From contig CAXNIC010000003.1 of assembly GCA_964201945.1 (NCBI GenBank), forward strand, positions 1 through 45,071: 45,071 bases of DNA, read 5' to 3'. A program made the translations under genes and the position numbers. The notes beneath the pieces are model-generated. The model worked only from the letters and a program-made list of their open reading frames with translations. It was not told where the DNA came from and searched no databases. Positions 22,716 to 31,418 of the stretch are shown here, piece by piece. Numbering within the stretch: position 1 is the stretch's first letter; the number at the start of each line of letters is the position of its first letter. The DNA is from Alphaproteobacteria bacterium (GTDB lineage: Bacteria; Pseudomonadota; Alphaproteobacteria; SHVZ01).

Positions 22716-23216
22716 ATGGCCAAGCTCAAGGACCACGTAAAGCTGTTCATCGTCGAGCGCTTGGCGTGCTTCGACACTCCGTCCGAGGTGGCCGAGGCTG
22801 TCTTGGAGGAGTTCAAGCTCAAGATTTCTCGCACCCAGGTTGAGGTCTACGACCCCACGAAGGCGGCCGGAGCCGACCTGAGCGAGAAGTGGCGGGTGAT
22901 CTTCGAGACCAGGCGCAAGGCCTTCCGCGAGAACATCGACGACATCCCGATCGCCAACAAGGCGGTCCGTATCCGGATGCTCGGGAAGATGGCCGCGGAC
23001 ACCCGGAGCCCGAAGATGCGCGCCGATCTTCTGTCGCAGGTGGCGAAGGAAGTCGGCGACGCCTTCTCGAACCGGCGCAAGGTCGAGCTGATGGGTGAGA
23101 ACGGTGGGGCGATCATGACCGCCCAGCCCGCGACACTGACGCCTGAGCAGATCGCGGGCATGTCGGTCGCGGAGCTGCAGGCGCACTACCAGGGCCAGGC
23201 CGGCCCCAAGAAGTGA
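22716..23216 (+). CDS. DUF2280 family protein, probable terminase small subunit
   Basis: MAKL...VK.FIV..LACFDTPS.V, YDPTK, IPIANKAVR; directly upstream of TerL. Confidence 0.8.
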   Translation: MAKLKDHVKLFIVERLACFDTPSEVAEAVLEEFKLKISRTQVEVYDPTKAAGADLSEKWRVIFETRRKAFRENIDDIPIANKAVRIRMLGKMAADTRSPKMRADLLSQVAKEVGDAFSNRRKVELMGENGGAIMTAQPATLTPEQIAGMSVAELQAHYQGQAGPKK

Positions 23217-24931
23217 CAGATCTGGCCGCAGGCCCGGCGCCGGCGGCCGCGCCTGACGAAGATCCCGCGGCGAGGGCCGCGCGACTTGCCGCCGAAGCTG
23301 TTGAGGTCGAAAGGGTTGCGGCTGAGGCGCTGCACGCGAGCCTGGTCCGTCGGACCATCCGGCTCCAGGAGTGCAACGCTGACCCGACCCGGCGCGCGAT
23401 CGAGCTCGAGCTGTGCCGGCGCGACCCGGTCTACTGGTTCAACACCTGGTGCTGGACCTACAACCCGAAGAACGCCGGCACCAGTGTCCCGGCCAACCTG
23501 CCCTTCGACCTCTTCCCCCGCCAGGAGGAGATGATCCGCTGGCTTGAGGAGCGCCTTCGCCAGAAGGAAGAGGGGCTGATCGAGAAGAGCCGAGACATCG
23601 GCTTCACCTGGCTGATGGGCGGCTTCGCGCTGCACCACTGGCTGTTCGTCTCGGGCTTCAAGACCGCGTTCGGGTCCAGGAAAGAGGACCTGGTCGACAA
23701 GATCGGCGACCCGGACTCGATCTTCGAGAAGATCCGGATGCTGCTGCGCGGGCTCCCGCACTGGATGCTGCCCGGCGGCTTCAACTGGCGGAAGCACTCC
23801 CACTTCTCCCGCCTGGTCAACCCGATCTCCGGCAACGTGATCACCGGCGAGGCCGGCGACAACATCGGCCGAGGCGGTCGAAACAGCCTCTACGTCATCG
23901 ACGAAGGCGCCTTCCTCGAGCACCCGGACACCGTCGATGTCGCGGTCAACGCGAACGCCGACTGCCGGATCTGGGGCAGCTCGGTCAACGGCATGGGCAA
24001 CCTCTTCGCGAGGAAGCGCCATTCCGGCCGCATCCCGGTCTTCACCTTCCACTGGAAGCACGACCCTCGGAAGACCGAGGCCTGGGCCGAGAAGAAGAAG
24101 CACGAGCTGATCGACGAGTGGAAGTTCGCTTCCGAGTACGATCTCGACTACTCGGCCTCGGTCGAAGGCATCTGCGTCCCGGCGAAGTGGGTCAAGGCCG
24201 CGATCGAGCTCGGCAAGCGGCTCCAGATCGTGCGCTCCAAGGATGGCGTCGGCGGTCTCGACATCGGCGCCGGCAAGGCCAAGTCGGTCTACGTCGAGCG
24301 CTGGGGCCCGATCATCACGATCCCGCAGGCCCGGAAAGACCCGGACACCACCGACACGGCCCTCTGGGCGCTCGAGTGTGCCGAGAAAGGCCACATCGAG
24401 GTCCTCAATTTCGACGCGCCAGGTGTCGGCGCCGGCGTCTCGAGCACGCTGTCGAAGAAGAAGATCCCCGGCTGCAAGACCCAGCCGATCAACACCGGCG
24501 TCCCGCCATCCGACATCACGGTCTGGCCCGACGGACGCAAGAGCTCGGAGACCTTCGCCAACCTCAAGGCCGAGCTCTGGTGGATCATGCGCGAGCGATT
24601 CCGCGCCTGCTTCGAGCACCTGCTCTGGCTGGACGCGAAAGAGGGCGGCAAGGAATACGCTCTCAACGAGCTCACGATCTTCCCTGAGTCGCCGGATCCC
24701 GAGACCCAGGCGCTGCAGGTCCAGCTGTCGACCCCGAAGTGGTTCAGGCGTCACGACGGCAAGATCATCCTGGAGTCGAAGGAGCAGCTGACCAAGCGCG
24801 GCATCTCCTCGCCCGACCACGCCGACGCCCTCGCGCTCACCTTCGTGCCCGAGAAGATCCCGCACCTGATCGGATTCCTCCGAGCAGCTGCCGAGGATCT
24901 CAAGCGGCGCCAAGAGGCCGGGGAAGCCTGA
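23213..24931 (+). CDS. terL: Terminase large subunit
   Basis: Walker A-like EKSRDIGFTW, Walker B YVIDEGAF, nuclease GLDIG, C-terminal ESK...KRG.SSPD.ADA. Confidence 0.92.
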   Translation: MTDLAAGPAPAAAPDEDPAARAARLAAEAVEVERVAAEALHASLVRRTIRLQECNADPTRRAIELELCRRDPVYWFNTWCWTYNPKNAGTSVPANLPFDLFPRQEEMIRWLEERLRQKEEGLIEKSRDIGFTWLMGGFALHHWLFVSGFKTAFGSRKEDLVDKIGDPDSIFEKIRMLLRGLPHWMLPGGFNWRKHSHFSRLVNPISGNVITGEAGDNIGRGGRNSLYVIDEGAFLEHPDTVDVAVNANADCRIWGSSVNGMGNLFARKRHSGRIPVFTFHWKHDPRKTEAWAEKKKHELIDEWKFASEYDLDYSASVEGICVPAKWVKAAIELGKRLQIVRSKDGVGGLDIGAGKAKSVYVERWGPIITIPQARKDPDTTDTALWALECAEKGHIEVLNFDAPGVGAGVSSTLSKKKIPGCKTQPINTGVPPSDITVWPDGRKSSETFANLKAELWWIMRERFRACFEHLLWLDAKEGGKEYALNELTIFPESPDPETQALQVQLSTPKWFRRHDGKIILESKEQLTKRGISSPDHADALALTFVPEKIPHLIGFLRAAAEDLKRRQEAGEA

Positions 24932-24944
24932 CCGGAGGTCATGA

Positions 24945-26870
24945 ATGGCTGACATCCCAGGCACTCGACCGGTCAACCCGACGGCGACCGACCGCGCGCA
25001 GACCCCGGGCGCCAAGATCGAGGCGATCGACCCGGGCCTGATCCGCCGCGCGCTCGCCGGCATGATGTATGCCGTCACCGGCCGGGCGCCCGACTGGTTT
25101 GGCCCTGGCCAGCCGCTGCCTCCGCAGGCGCCGGCGGCCGAGAAGGGTCGCGCGTTCGACTACCCGTACTCGGCCAACACGGTCGTCCGGCCGCGCTCGA
25201 ACGAGCCGGTCACCTTCGACGATCTCCGTGGTTTGGCCGAGCGCTGTGACTTGGTGCGCCTGGCGATCGAGACCCGCAAGGACCAGATCGAGAAGCTCGA
25301 CTGGAAGATCCAGCCGAAGCTCAAGCGGAACGAGAAGATCCGGGGTGAGGCCGACGAGCGCTGCGAGGCGCTGACCAAGTTCTTCCTCTTCCCCGATCGC
25401 CGCCTCGACTGGAACAGCTGGCTGCGGAAGGCGCTCGAGGACCTGTTCGTCATCGACGCGCCGACGTTCTACATGCGCTCGGACCGTTTGGGCCGGCCGT
25501 ACTCGCTCGACATCATCGACGGCGCCACCATTAAGCTCGTGGTCGACCACACCGGCCGACTGCAGGAGCCGCCGGACCCCGCCTATCAGCAGGTGCTGAA
25601 GGGACTCAACGCCACCGACTACACCCAGGACGAGCTGATCTACCGGCCCCGGAACCCCAGGCCGCACAAGTTCTACGGCTTCTCGCCGGTCGAGCAGATC
25701 ATCCTGACGATCAACATCGCGCTCAGGCGATCGCTCTCCCAGCTCAACTACTTCACCGACGGGCTGATGCCCGACCTGCTCATCGGCGTGCCGGAGACCT
25801 GGACGCCGGAGAACATCCGGGAACTGCAGACGTGGTGGGACGCGATGCTCTCGGGCATCGGCGCCAACAAGCGCGGCGCCAAGTTCGTGCCCGGCGGCAT
25901 GCAGCCGTATCCGATCCGCGAGCCGGTGGTGAAGGACGAGCTCGACGAGTGGATCGCCCGCGTCGTCTGCTACGCCTTCAGCCTCCCGCCGCTGCCGTTC
26001 GTCAAGATGATGAACCGCGGCACCGCCGAGACGTCGTTCGAGACCGCGCTGCAGGAGGGCCTCGAGCCCCTGATGCAGTGGGTGAAGGGCACGATCGACA
26101 CCGCGATCCAGAAGTGGTGGGGCTACACCGACCTCGAGTTCGTCTGGGACGACCACACCAAGCTGAAGCCGATGGAGCAGGCCCAGCTGAACTCGACCGA
26201 GATGGCGAGCGGCGTGCTGTCCGTCGACGAGTGGCGGATCGAGAAGGGCAGGGTGCCCTACGGCGTTCCGGCCATGATCAAGGGCATCGGCCCGTCCGGC
26301 TTCGTCTTCGTCGAGGACCTGGCTGACCCCGAGGTTCGGGCAGCTCTGAAGACGGCGCTGATCTCCGCCGCCTCCCCGCCGCCGATGTACGGGCCCGAGG
26401 GGCTGCCGGCCGCGAGTGCCGGCGCCGCGGATCCGCTCGCTGGTATCGACCCGACCCTCCTCGAGAGCGTCGGTCTCCACCCCGAGGTTCTGGCTGCCCA
26501 TGCCGGCGGTCTCCCGGCGCCAGGCAGCGTGCTTCACGGCGTGCCGAAGCCGATCCTCGACCACGTTGACCTTTCACCGGACGAGATCAGCGGTGGGACA
26601 CCATCCCCCGCCGCTGTGGCCGGCCCGGAGGACGGGATCATCGACCCACCGACGCAAAGGGGGGGCGACCCTGCCCTGCCGGCAGACGCTCTCGTCGGTG
26701 TGTCGCCCCGACTCCTCCGGGCCGTTGGCCTCGTCGCCAGGACCTACCCGCTGCCGCGCTTCGACCCCGCCCGCAACCCGCGGCCGACGCCGCTGGAAGA
26801 CCCGGTCGTGCAGGCAGCTCTCCGCCGCCCGCTCCACCGACCGAGCGCGCACCAAGCTCAGACCGACTAG
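24945..26870 (+). CDS. Portal protein with Pro-rich C-terminal extension
   Basis: Follows TerL; YGFSPVEQI, YF.DG..P, IARVVCYAFSLPP motifs. Confidence 0.88.
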   Translation: MADIPGTRPVNPTATDRAQTPGAKIEAIDPGLIRRALAGMMYAVTGRAPDWFGPGQPLPPQAPAAEKGRAFDYPYSANTVVRPRSNEPVTFDDLRGLAERCDLVRLAIETRKDQIEKLDWKIQPKLKRNEKIRGEADERCEALTKFFLFPDRRLDWNSWLRKALEDLFVIDAPTFYMRSDRLGRPYSLDIIDGATIKLVVDHTGRLQEPPDPAYQQVLKGLNATDYTQDELIYRPRNPRPHKFYGFSPVEQIILTINIALRRSLSQLNYFTDGLMPDLLIGVPETWTPENIRELQTWWDAMLSGIGANKRGAKFVPGGMQPYPIREPVVKDELDEWIARVVCYAFSLPPLPFVKMMNRGTAETSFETALQEGLEPLMQWVKGTIDTAIQKWWGYTDLEFVWDDHTKLKPMEQAQLNSTEMASGVLSVDEWRIEKGRVPYGVPAMIKGIGPSGFVFVEDLADPEVRAALKTALISAASPPPMYGPEGLPAASAGAADPLAGIDPTLLESVGLHPEVLAAHAGGLPAPGSVLHGVPKPILDHVDLSPDEISGGTPSPAAVAGPEDGIIDPPTQRGGDPALPADALVGVSPRLLRAVGLVARTYPLPRFDPARNPRPTPLEDPVVQAALRRPLHRPSAHQAQTD

Positions 26871-26927
26871 CCACCGGGGGGACGACCGCCCCGTCAGCCA
26901 CCACCATCCATCTGGAGGATATCCCCC

Positions 26928-27854
26928 ATGACCGTGAAGATGTTTGCTCCGTCCAACCTGCCGATCTTCCGCGCAAGCGACGGCACCCGCTACGACGTCT
27001 CGTCCACCGGCACCATCACCGTCGCCTCCGAGCACGTCGCCGAGGCGCTGAAGGCCGGCTTCGAGATCATGACGGTGACCGGCACGACCGCTCAGCGGCC
27101 GACCGTGGTCCCGACCGGCTATCGCTACTTCGACACGACGCTCGGTCGGACGATCCGCTATGACGGATCCGCCTGGATCGTCGAGCCGGACAGCAACCTG
27201 CTGCTGGACGAGGACTTCCTCGGCCCGGTCGCGGCCTTCGTCACCTCCGCCGGCACCCTGTCGCCGTGGATGTCCAAGATCGTTGGCGCCGCTCCGCCGA
27301 CGGCCGGCGTCATCGCTGGCGCTTCCGGCCTGGCCGGCGGCTGGTGTGCGCTCGCGCAGACCGCCGACAGCCAGAAGCAGGATGCCGTCCTCTACTTCGG
27401 CGACAACCTGGCCTTCTCGCTCGAGGAGCAGCCGGTCATCGAGTTCCGCGCCAAGGTGTCGGTGCTCCCGACCTCGGGCACGAAGCTGTTCATGGGCTTC
27501 GGCAGCGCCTGGGCCGATGGCCCGGATGCGATGACCTACTCGGCCTGGTTCGCGCTCAACGGCAGCGGCGCGGTCCTCTGCGAGACCGACGACGCCGTCA
27601 CCGACAACTCGGTGGCCTCCGGCGTCACGGTGCTCAACACCGAGATCCACACCTATCGGATCGACTTCGCCGATCTGACGTCGATCAAGTTCTACATCGA
27701 CGGCGTCCGGGTCGCGTCGGGCACCACCTTCGCCTTCACGGCGACCGGCGCCAACGCGCTGGTGCAGCCGTTCTTCAACCCCTACAAGGCGACCGGCACC
27801 TCGGTCGGCTCGGTTCAGATCGACAACGTCCGCGTCTGGTCGAACCGCTCGTAA
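26928..27854 (+). CDS. Hypothetical beta-rich (lectin-like) virion protein
   Basis: GGAGG SD; HTYRID...KFYIDGV resembles a ConA/GH16-like fold. Confidence 0.55.
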   Translation: MTVKMFAPSNLPIFRASDGTRYDVSSTGTITVASEHVAEALKAGFEIMTVTGTTAQRPTVVPTGYRYFDTTLGRTIRYDGSAWIVEPDSNLLLDEDFLGPVAAFVTSAGTLSPWMSKIVGAAPPTAGVIAGASGLAGGWCALAQTADSQKQDAVLYFGDNLAFSLEEQPVIEFRAKVSVLPTSGTKLFMGFGSAWADGPDAMTYSAWFALNGSGAVLCETDDAVTDNSVASGVTVLNTEIHTYRIDFADLTSIKFYIDGVRVASGTTFAFTATGANALVQPFFNPYKATGTSVGSVQIDNVRVWSNRS

Positions 27855-27908
27855 GGGATGGCGGGGCGCTGGGAAACTGGCGCCCCACCTCTACCGGTGG
27901 AGCCGACC

Positions 27909-29513
27909 ATGGACCTCAACAGCCTGGTCGGCGCCGCTCTCGCTGGGGCAGGGGTCGCCCTCGCCAAGCGCGCGCACGTCACCTCCGGCGCAGCCCTCGA
28001 TCGCGTGGCTGCAGCCACCAACAAGAACCCGACGCCGAAGCAGGCCGAGACCGGCCTCTACCTGAAGGCGCGCTGCCGCATCCACGGGCTCGACATCGCG
28101 ATCGAGAACGCCAGGGGCTCCTGGCGCCGCAAGTTCAACGCCGACGGCAGCCTGCGCTGGAAGTGCAAGGCGCCGGCGCACTACGGCTACATCGAGCGGA
28201 CTGTCGGCGCCGACGGCGACGCGGTCGACTGCTACATCGGCTCACACCTGAGCTCGCCCAAGGCCTTCGTCATCGACCAGCACTTCAGCAGCGGTGACTT
28301 CGACGAGCACAAGCTGGTGCTGGCGGTCCGGACCGAGGAAGACGCGATCAGGATCTACGATGCGGGCTTCGCCGACGGATCCGGCCCACGTCGCCGGCGC
28401 GCCGTCCGCGAGCTCACCTACCCGGCCCTCAAGGAGTGGCTGGACTCGGGCAAGACCAAGGAGCCGATCGGCGAGGTCCTGCAGAAGGCCGCCGGTGACG
28501 GCCGCCGCAAGACCCTCGACCAGGTGATCGCCGAGGTCGAGAAGTCGGTCGCCAAGCGGGTGGCTGAGACCCTGGCGTGGCTCAAAGGCACGCCTTCGAA
28601 CGACATGGCGGACTCGGCCCAGTATCGGCACGGCGACATCACCGCCGACGCGATGCCCCGGGCCGAGCTCGAGCAGCGCCTCGACCGGGCGGTCAAGCCG
28701 CTCGACCAGGCCTGGATGGGCGGAGGCCGCGACGCCACCCGGATCCCGGAGACGGGCGAAGGGGATAAGCGGGTCGCCTTCCAATTCGATGCCGGCAACC
28801 CGACGGTGCTCGAGGCGCTCGACGGCTACAAGCTGGGCCTGATCCGGGAGATCTCGGACGGCCAGCGCGACACCATCCGGGCCATCGTCAGCGACGGCCT
28901 GGCACGCGGGCTCCCGCCGGCGAAGATGGCCCAGGCCATCCGAGACAGCGTCGGGCTCACCGAGATCCAGGCCGGCCACGTCGCCAGCTACCGGGCCGAG
29001 CTCGAGTCCAGCGACGTCCGGCTGCGCACCAAGGCGCTGACCCGGGCGCTGCGCGATCGCCGCTTCGACCCGACCGTCATCTCGTCGGTCGGCAAGGGGG
29101 AGACGCTCGGCGCCGAGCAGGTCGACAAGATGGTCGACGCCTACCAGCGCCGCTACATCGCGCTCCGGGCCATGACCATCGCCAGGACCGAGGCCCTCAG
29201 GGCCGCGAGCCTGGGCTCCTTCGCCTCGATCGACGCCGCGGCCGCCAGCGGCAACCTCGACAACTTCGAGGTGGTCAAGACCTGGATCGCCACCGGCGAC
29301 GGCAAGACCAGGCCGACGCACTGGGACCTGAACGGCAAGTCGGTGATCGGCCTCGATACCCCGTTCGTCACGGCCGCGGGCGCCAGGCTGCTGCACCCGC
29401 ACGACATCTCGGCGCCGGCGGCTGAGACCATCAACTGCCGCTGCACCCTGAAGTTCAGCTTCCTGCCCAAGCGCAGCAACTCGGGCGAGCCGATCGCTTT
29501 GATCGCGGAGTAG
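27909..29513 (+). CDS. Inorganic-pyrophosphatase-like domain fused to MuF (head morphogenesis) domain
   Basis: N-term YGYI..T.GADGD.VD.YIG...FDEHK; C-term IARTE, TW...D.KTR..H, HP.D...INCRC. Confidence 0.8.
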   Translation: MDLNSLVGAALAGAGVALAKRAHVTSGAALDRVAAATNKNPTPKQAETGLYLKARCRIHGLDIAIENARGSWRRKFNADGSLRWKCKAPAHYGYIERTVGADGDAVDCYIGSHLSSPKAFVIDQHFSSGDFDEHKLVLAVRTEEDAIRIYDAGFADGSGPRRRRAVRELTYPALKEWLDSGKTKEPIGEVLQKAAGDGRRKTLDQVIAEVEKSVAKRVAETLAWLKGTPSNDMADSAQYRHGDITADAMPRAELEQRLDRAVKPLDQAWMGGGRDATRIPETGEGDKRVAFQFDAGNPTVLEALDGYKLGLIREISDGQRDTIRAIVSDGLARGLPPAKMAQAIRDSVGLTEIQAGHVASYRAELESSDVRLRTKALTRALRDRRFDPTVISSVGKGETLGAEQVDKMVDAYQRRYIALRAMTIARTEALRAASLGSFASIDAAAASGNLDNFEVVKTWIATGDGKTRPTHWDLNGKSVIGLDTPFVTAAGARLLHPHDISAPAAETINCRCTLKFSFLPKRSNSGEPIALIAE

Positions 29514-29514
29514 G

Positions 29515-31401
29515 ATGATGATCAACCCCGACGACGACATCTTCCAGAGGATCGCCGACGAGATCGACGGCCAGCCGCCGGCCGGCCAGGCGTTCCAGCT
29601 CATCAAGGTCGCCCACGGGACTCACCCGGAGTTGGCCAAGAAGGATGGTCGAGCTGGCCGGGATGGCGATGGCGACGGCAAGCTGAATGAGAGCGGCTCC
29701 CGATACGCACAGGGTGGCGGCCCGTCGGTCATGAAGGTCAAGACCGAGCTCGGCCACGAAGTCCCGTCGTTCAACCAGCTTGGCACTCTCCGCAGCGAGG
29801 GCAAGCTCTCCGATGCCGACTTCGGCCGGCACACGGCGAACGCGATGAGCGACATCCATACGCGCGCGCATGTCGCCGGGGCCAAGGCCTACAACGCGGC
29901 CAAGAAGCACGACGACTTCACCCCCTACATGGAGCACTACGCGGGCAGCCTGGTCGACTCCCTCAACGGGATCGACGACCCCGTCTATGTCCAGCACATG
30001 GCGGCCAGCTCGGTTCACGCCTCTGAGGGAGAAGCCTGGAAGCACGCCGAGAAGGTCCTCGGCGTCCACAACCGGCGCGTCTCGGCCGGCACGATCGGTG
30101 GCCTGGCCCTCGGTGTCGGCGCCGGCGTTCTCAGCTCGCTGCTGGCGAGCAAGGCCGGCAAGACGCGCCTGGCCAGGGATCTCGCAGAAGCGATGCCGCT
30201 TATGGGCACCGTCGGCGTCACCGCCGGCGCCGTCGGCGGCTGGATGTGGGGCAACCGGGCGGCGAACAAGACGCCGATGCACGAGAAGCCGTCCGCCATG
30301 TATGCCCACGCAGGGGACGTGAAGAAGTTCGATGGTCCGGCCACCTACGACGACCTGAGGAAGGCTGACCAGGACCGGGCCGAGATCGAAGGCTCCCTGC
30401 ACTACGGCTGGAAGGGCGTGAAGGTCGGCCTCCTCCTCAAGTCGGACGACGACACCCTCCTGGCCAAGAAGGACGGTCGGGCGGGGCGTGACGGAGACGG
30501 AGACGGAAAGCTGGACGAAGGTCGGGAGAGCGGAGTCAAGACGGCCGCTAAGATCGGCGGCGAGATCGCCGGCGGCGTGCTCTCGGTCATCGGTGCTGTG
30601 CATGGTGCCAAGATGCTCACCCGCGGCGTCTCTCACGCGGTCAGCCGCTACAGCGCCAACAAGCGGGCGCGCGCTGCCAAGGGCGGCTTCGATGTCGGCC
30701 GTGTGATCGGGCGCATCATCGGCCCTCGTGGGTCCTGGCGCCTCGGCAAGGCTGACGACGGCGAGCTGACCAAGCGGAAGCCGGGCGAGTTCCTCACCGA
30801 GGATCACGGCGACGGCACCAGCACCACCTGGAAGCGTCGCAGTTGGCTCGGCAGCAAGGCCGTCGACGCGGTGACGCCGGGCTTTGTCAACACCAGGCAC
30901 GCCAAGAGCTCGGTGTTGAAGTTTTCCTACCGGTACAAAAAGGTGAAGACCGGCGCCAAGGACACGACCGGCGGCGCGGCGGCGGCCAACGGCATCGCCA
31001 AGGCCGACGACGCCGAGGACCTGCAGAAGTTCCTGCCGATGATCGCCGGCGCCGCGAGGCTTGCCGCGCGCTTCATCCCCAAGGTGATCGGCGCCGGCGG
31101 CAAGGCGATCGAAGCGGCCAGCGGCTTCAAGACCAACGTCCAGGACGGGGCGACTCGGGCCCAGTTCAAGTCCGGCCTGGTCGCAGGCCTGGCGAATAAG
31201 CGCATGCGCGGCGCTGGCGCTGCGGTTCGGGCCTCGGCGCTCGGCCGCGGCTTCACCAAGGCCAAGGCGGTCGCCAACCATCCGGCCACCCAGATCGCGA
31301 CTGCGGCTCCCGCCTTCGCGGGCGGCGGCGGTGGTGCCGGCCGTGACGGCGACGGCGATGGGATTCTAAACGAGCGAGAGCGCCGGCGTACCGGCCTCTA
31401 A
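29515..31401 (+). CDS. Hypothetical head-associated protein with DGDGDG repeats
   Basis: Three (DGR)AGRDGDGDG.L.E motifs; Gly/Ala-rich hydrophobic helices. Confidence 0.75.
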   Translation: MMINPDDDIFQRIADEIDGQPPAGQAFQLIKVAHGTHPELAKKDGRAGRDGDGDGKLNESGSRYAQGGGPSVMKVKTELGHEVPSFNQLGTLRSEGKLSDADFGRHTANAMSDIHTRAHVAGAKAYNAAKKHDDFTPYMEHYAGSLVDSLNGIDDPVYVQHMAASSVHASEGEAWKHAEKVLGVHNRRVSAGTIGGLALGVGAGVLSSLLASKAGKTRLARDLAEAMPLMGTVGVTAGAVGGWMWGNRAANKTPMHEKPSAMYAHAGDVKKFDGPATYDDLRKADQDRAEIEGSLHYGWKGVKVGLLLKSDDDTLLAKKDGRAGRDGDGDGKLDEGRESGVKTAAKIGGEIAGGVLSVIGAVHGAKMLTRGVSHAVSRYSANKRARAAKGGFDVGRVIGRIIGPRGSWRLGKADDGELTKRKPGEFLTEDHGDGTSTTWKRRSWLGSKAVDAVTPGFVNTRHAKSSVLKFSYRYKKVKTGAKDTTGGAAAANGIAKADDAEDLQKFLPMIAGAARLAARFIPKVIGAGGKAIEAASGFKTNVQDGATRAQFKSGLVAGLANKRMRGAGAAVRASALGRGFTKAKAVANHPATQIATAAPAFAGGGGGAGRDGDGDGILNERERRRTGL

Positions 31402-31418
31402 GGACAAGGGGGACGCCG

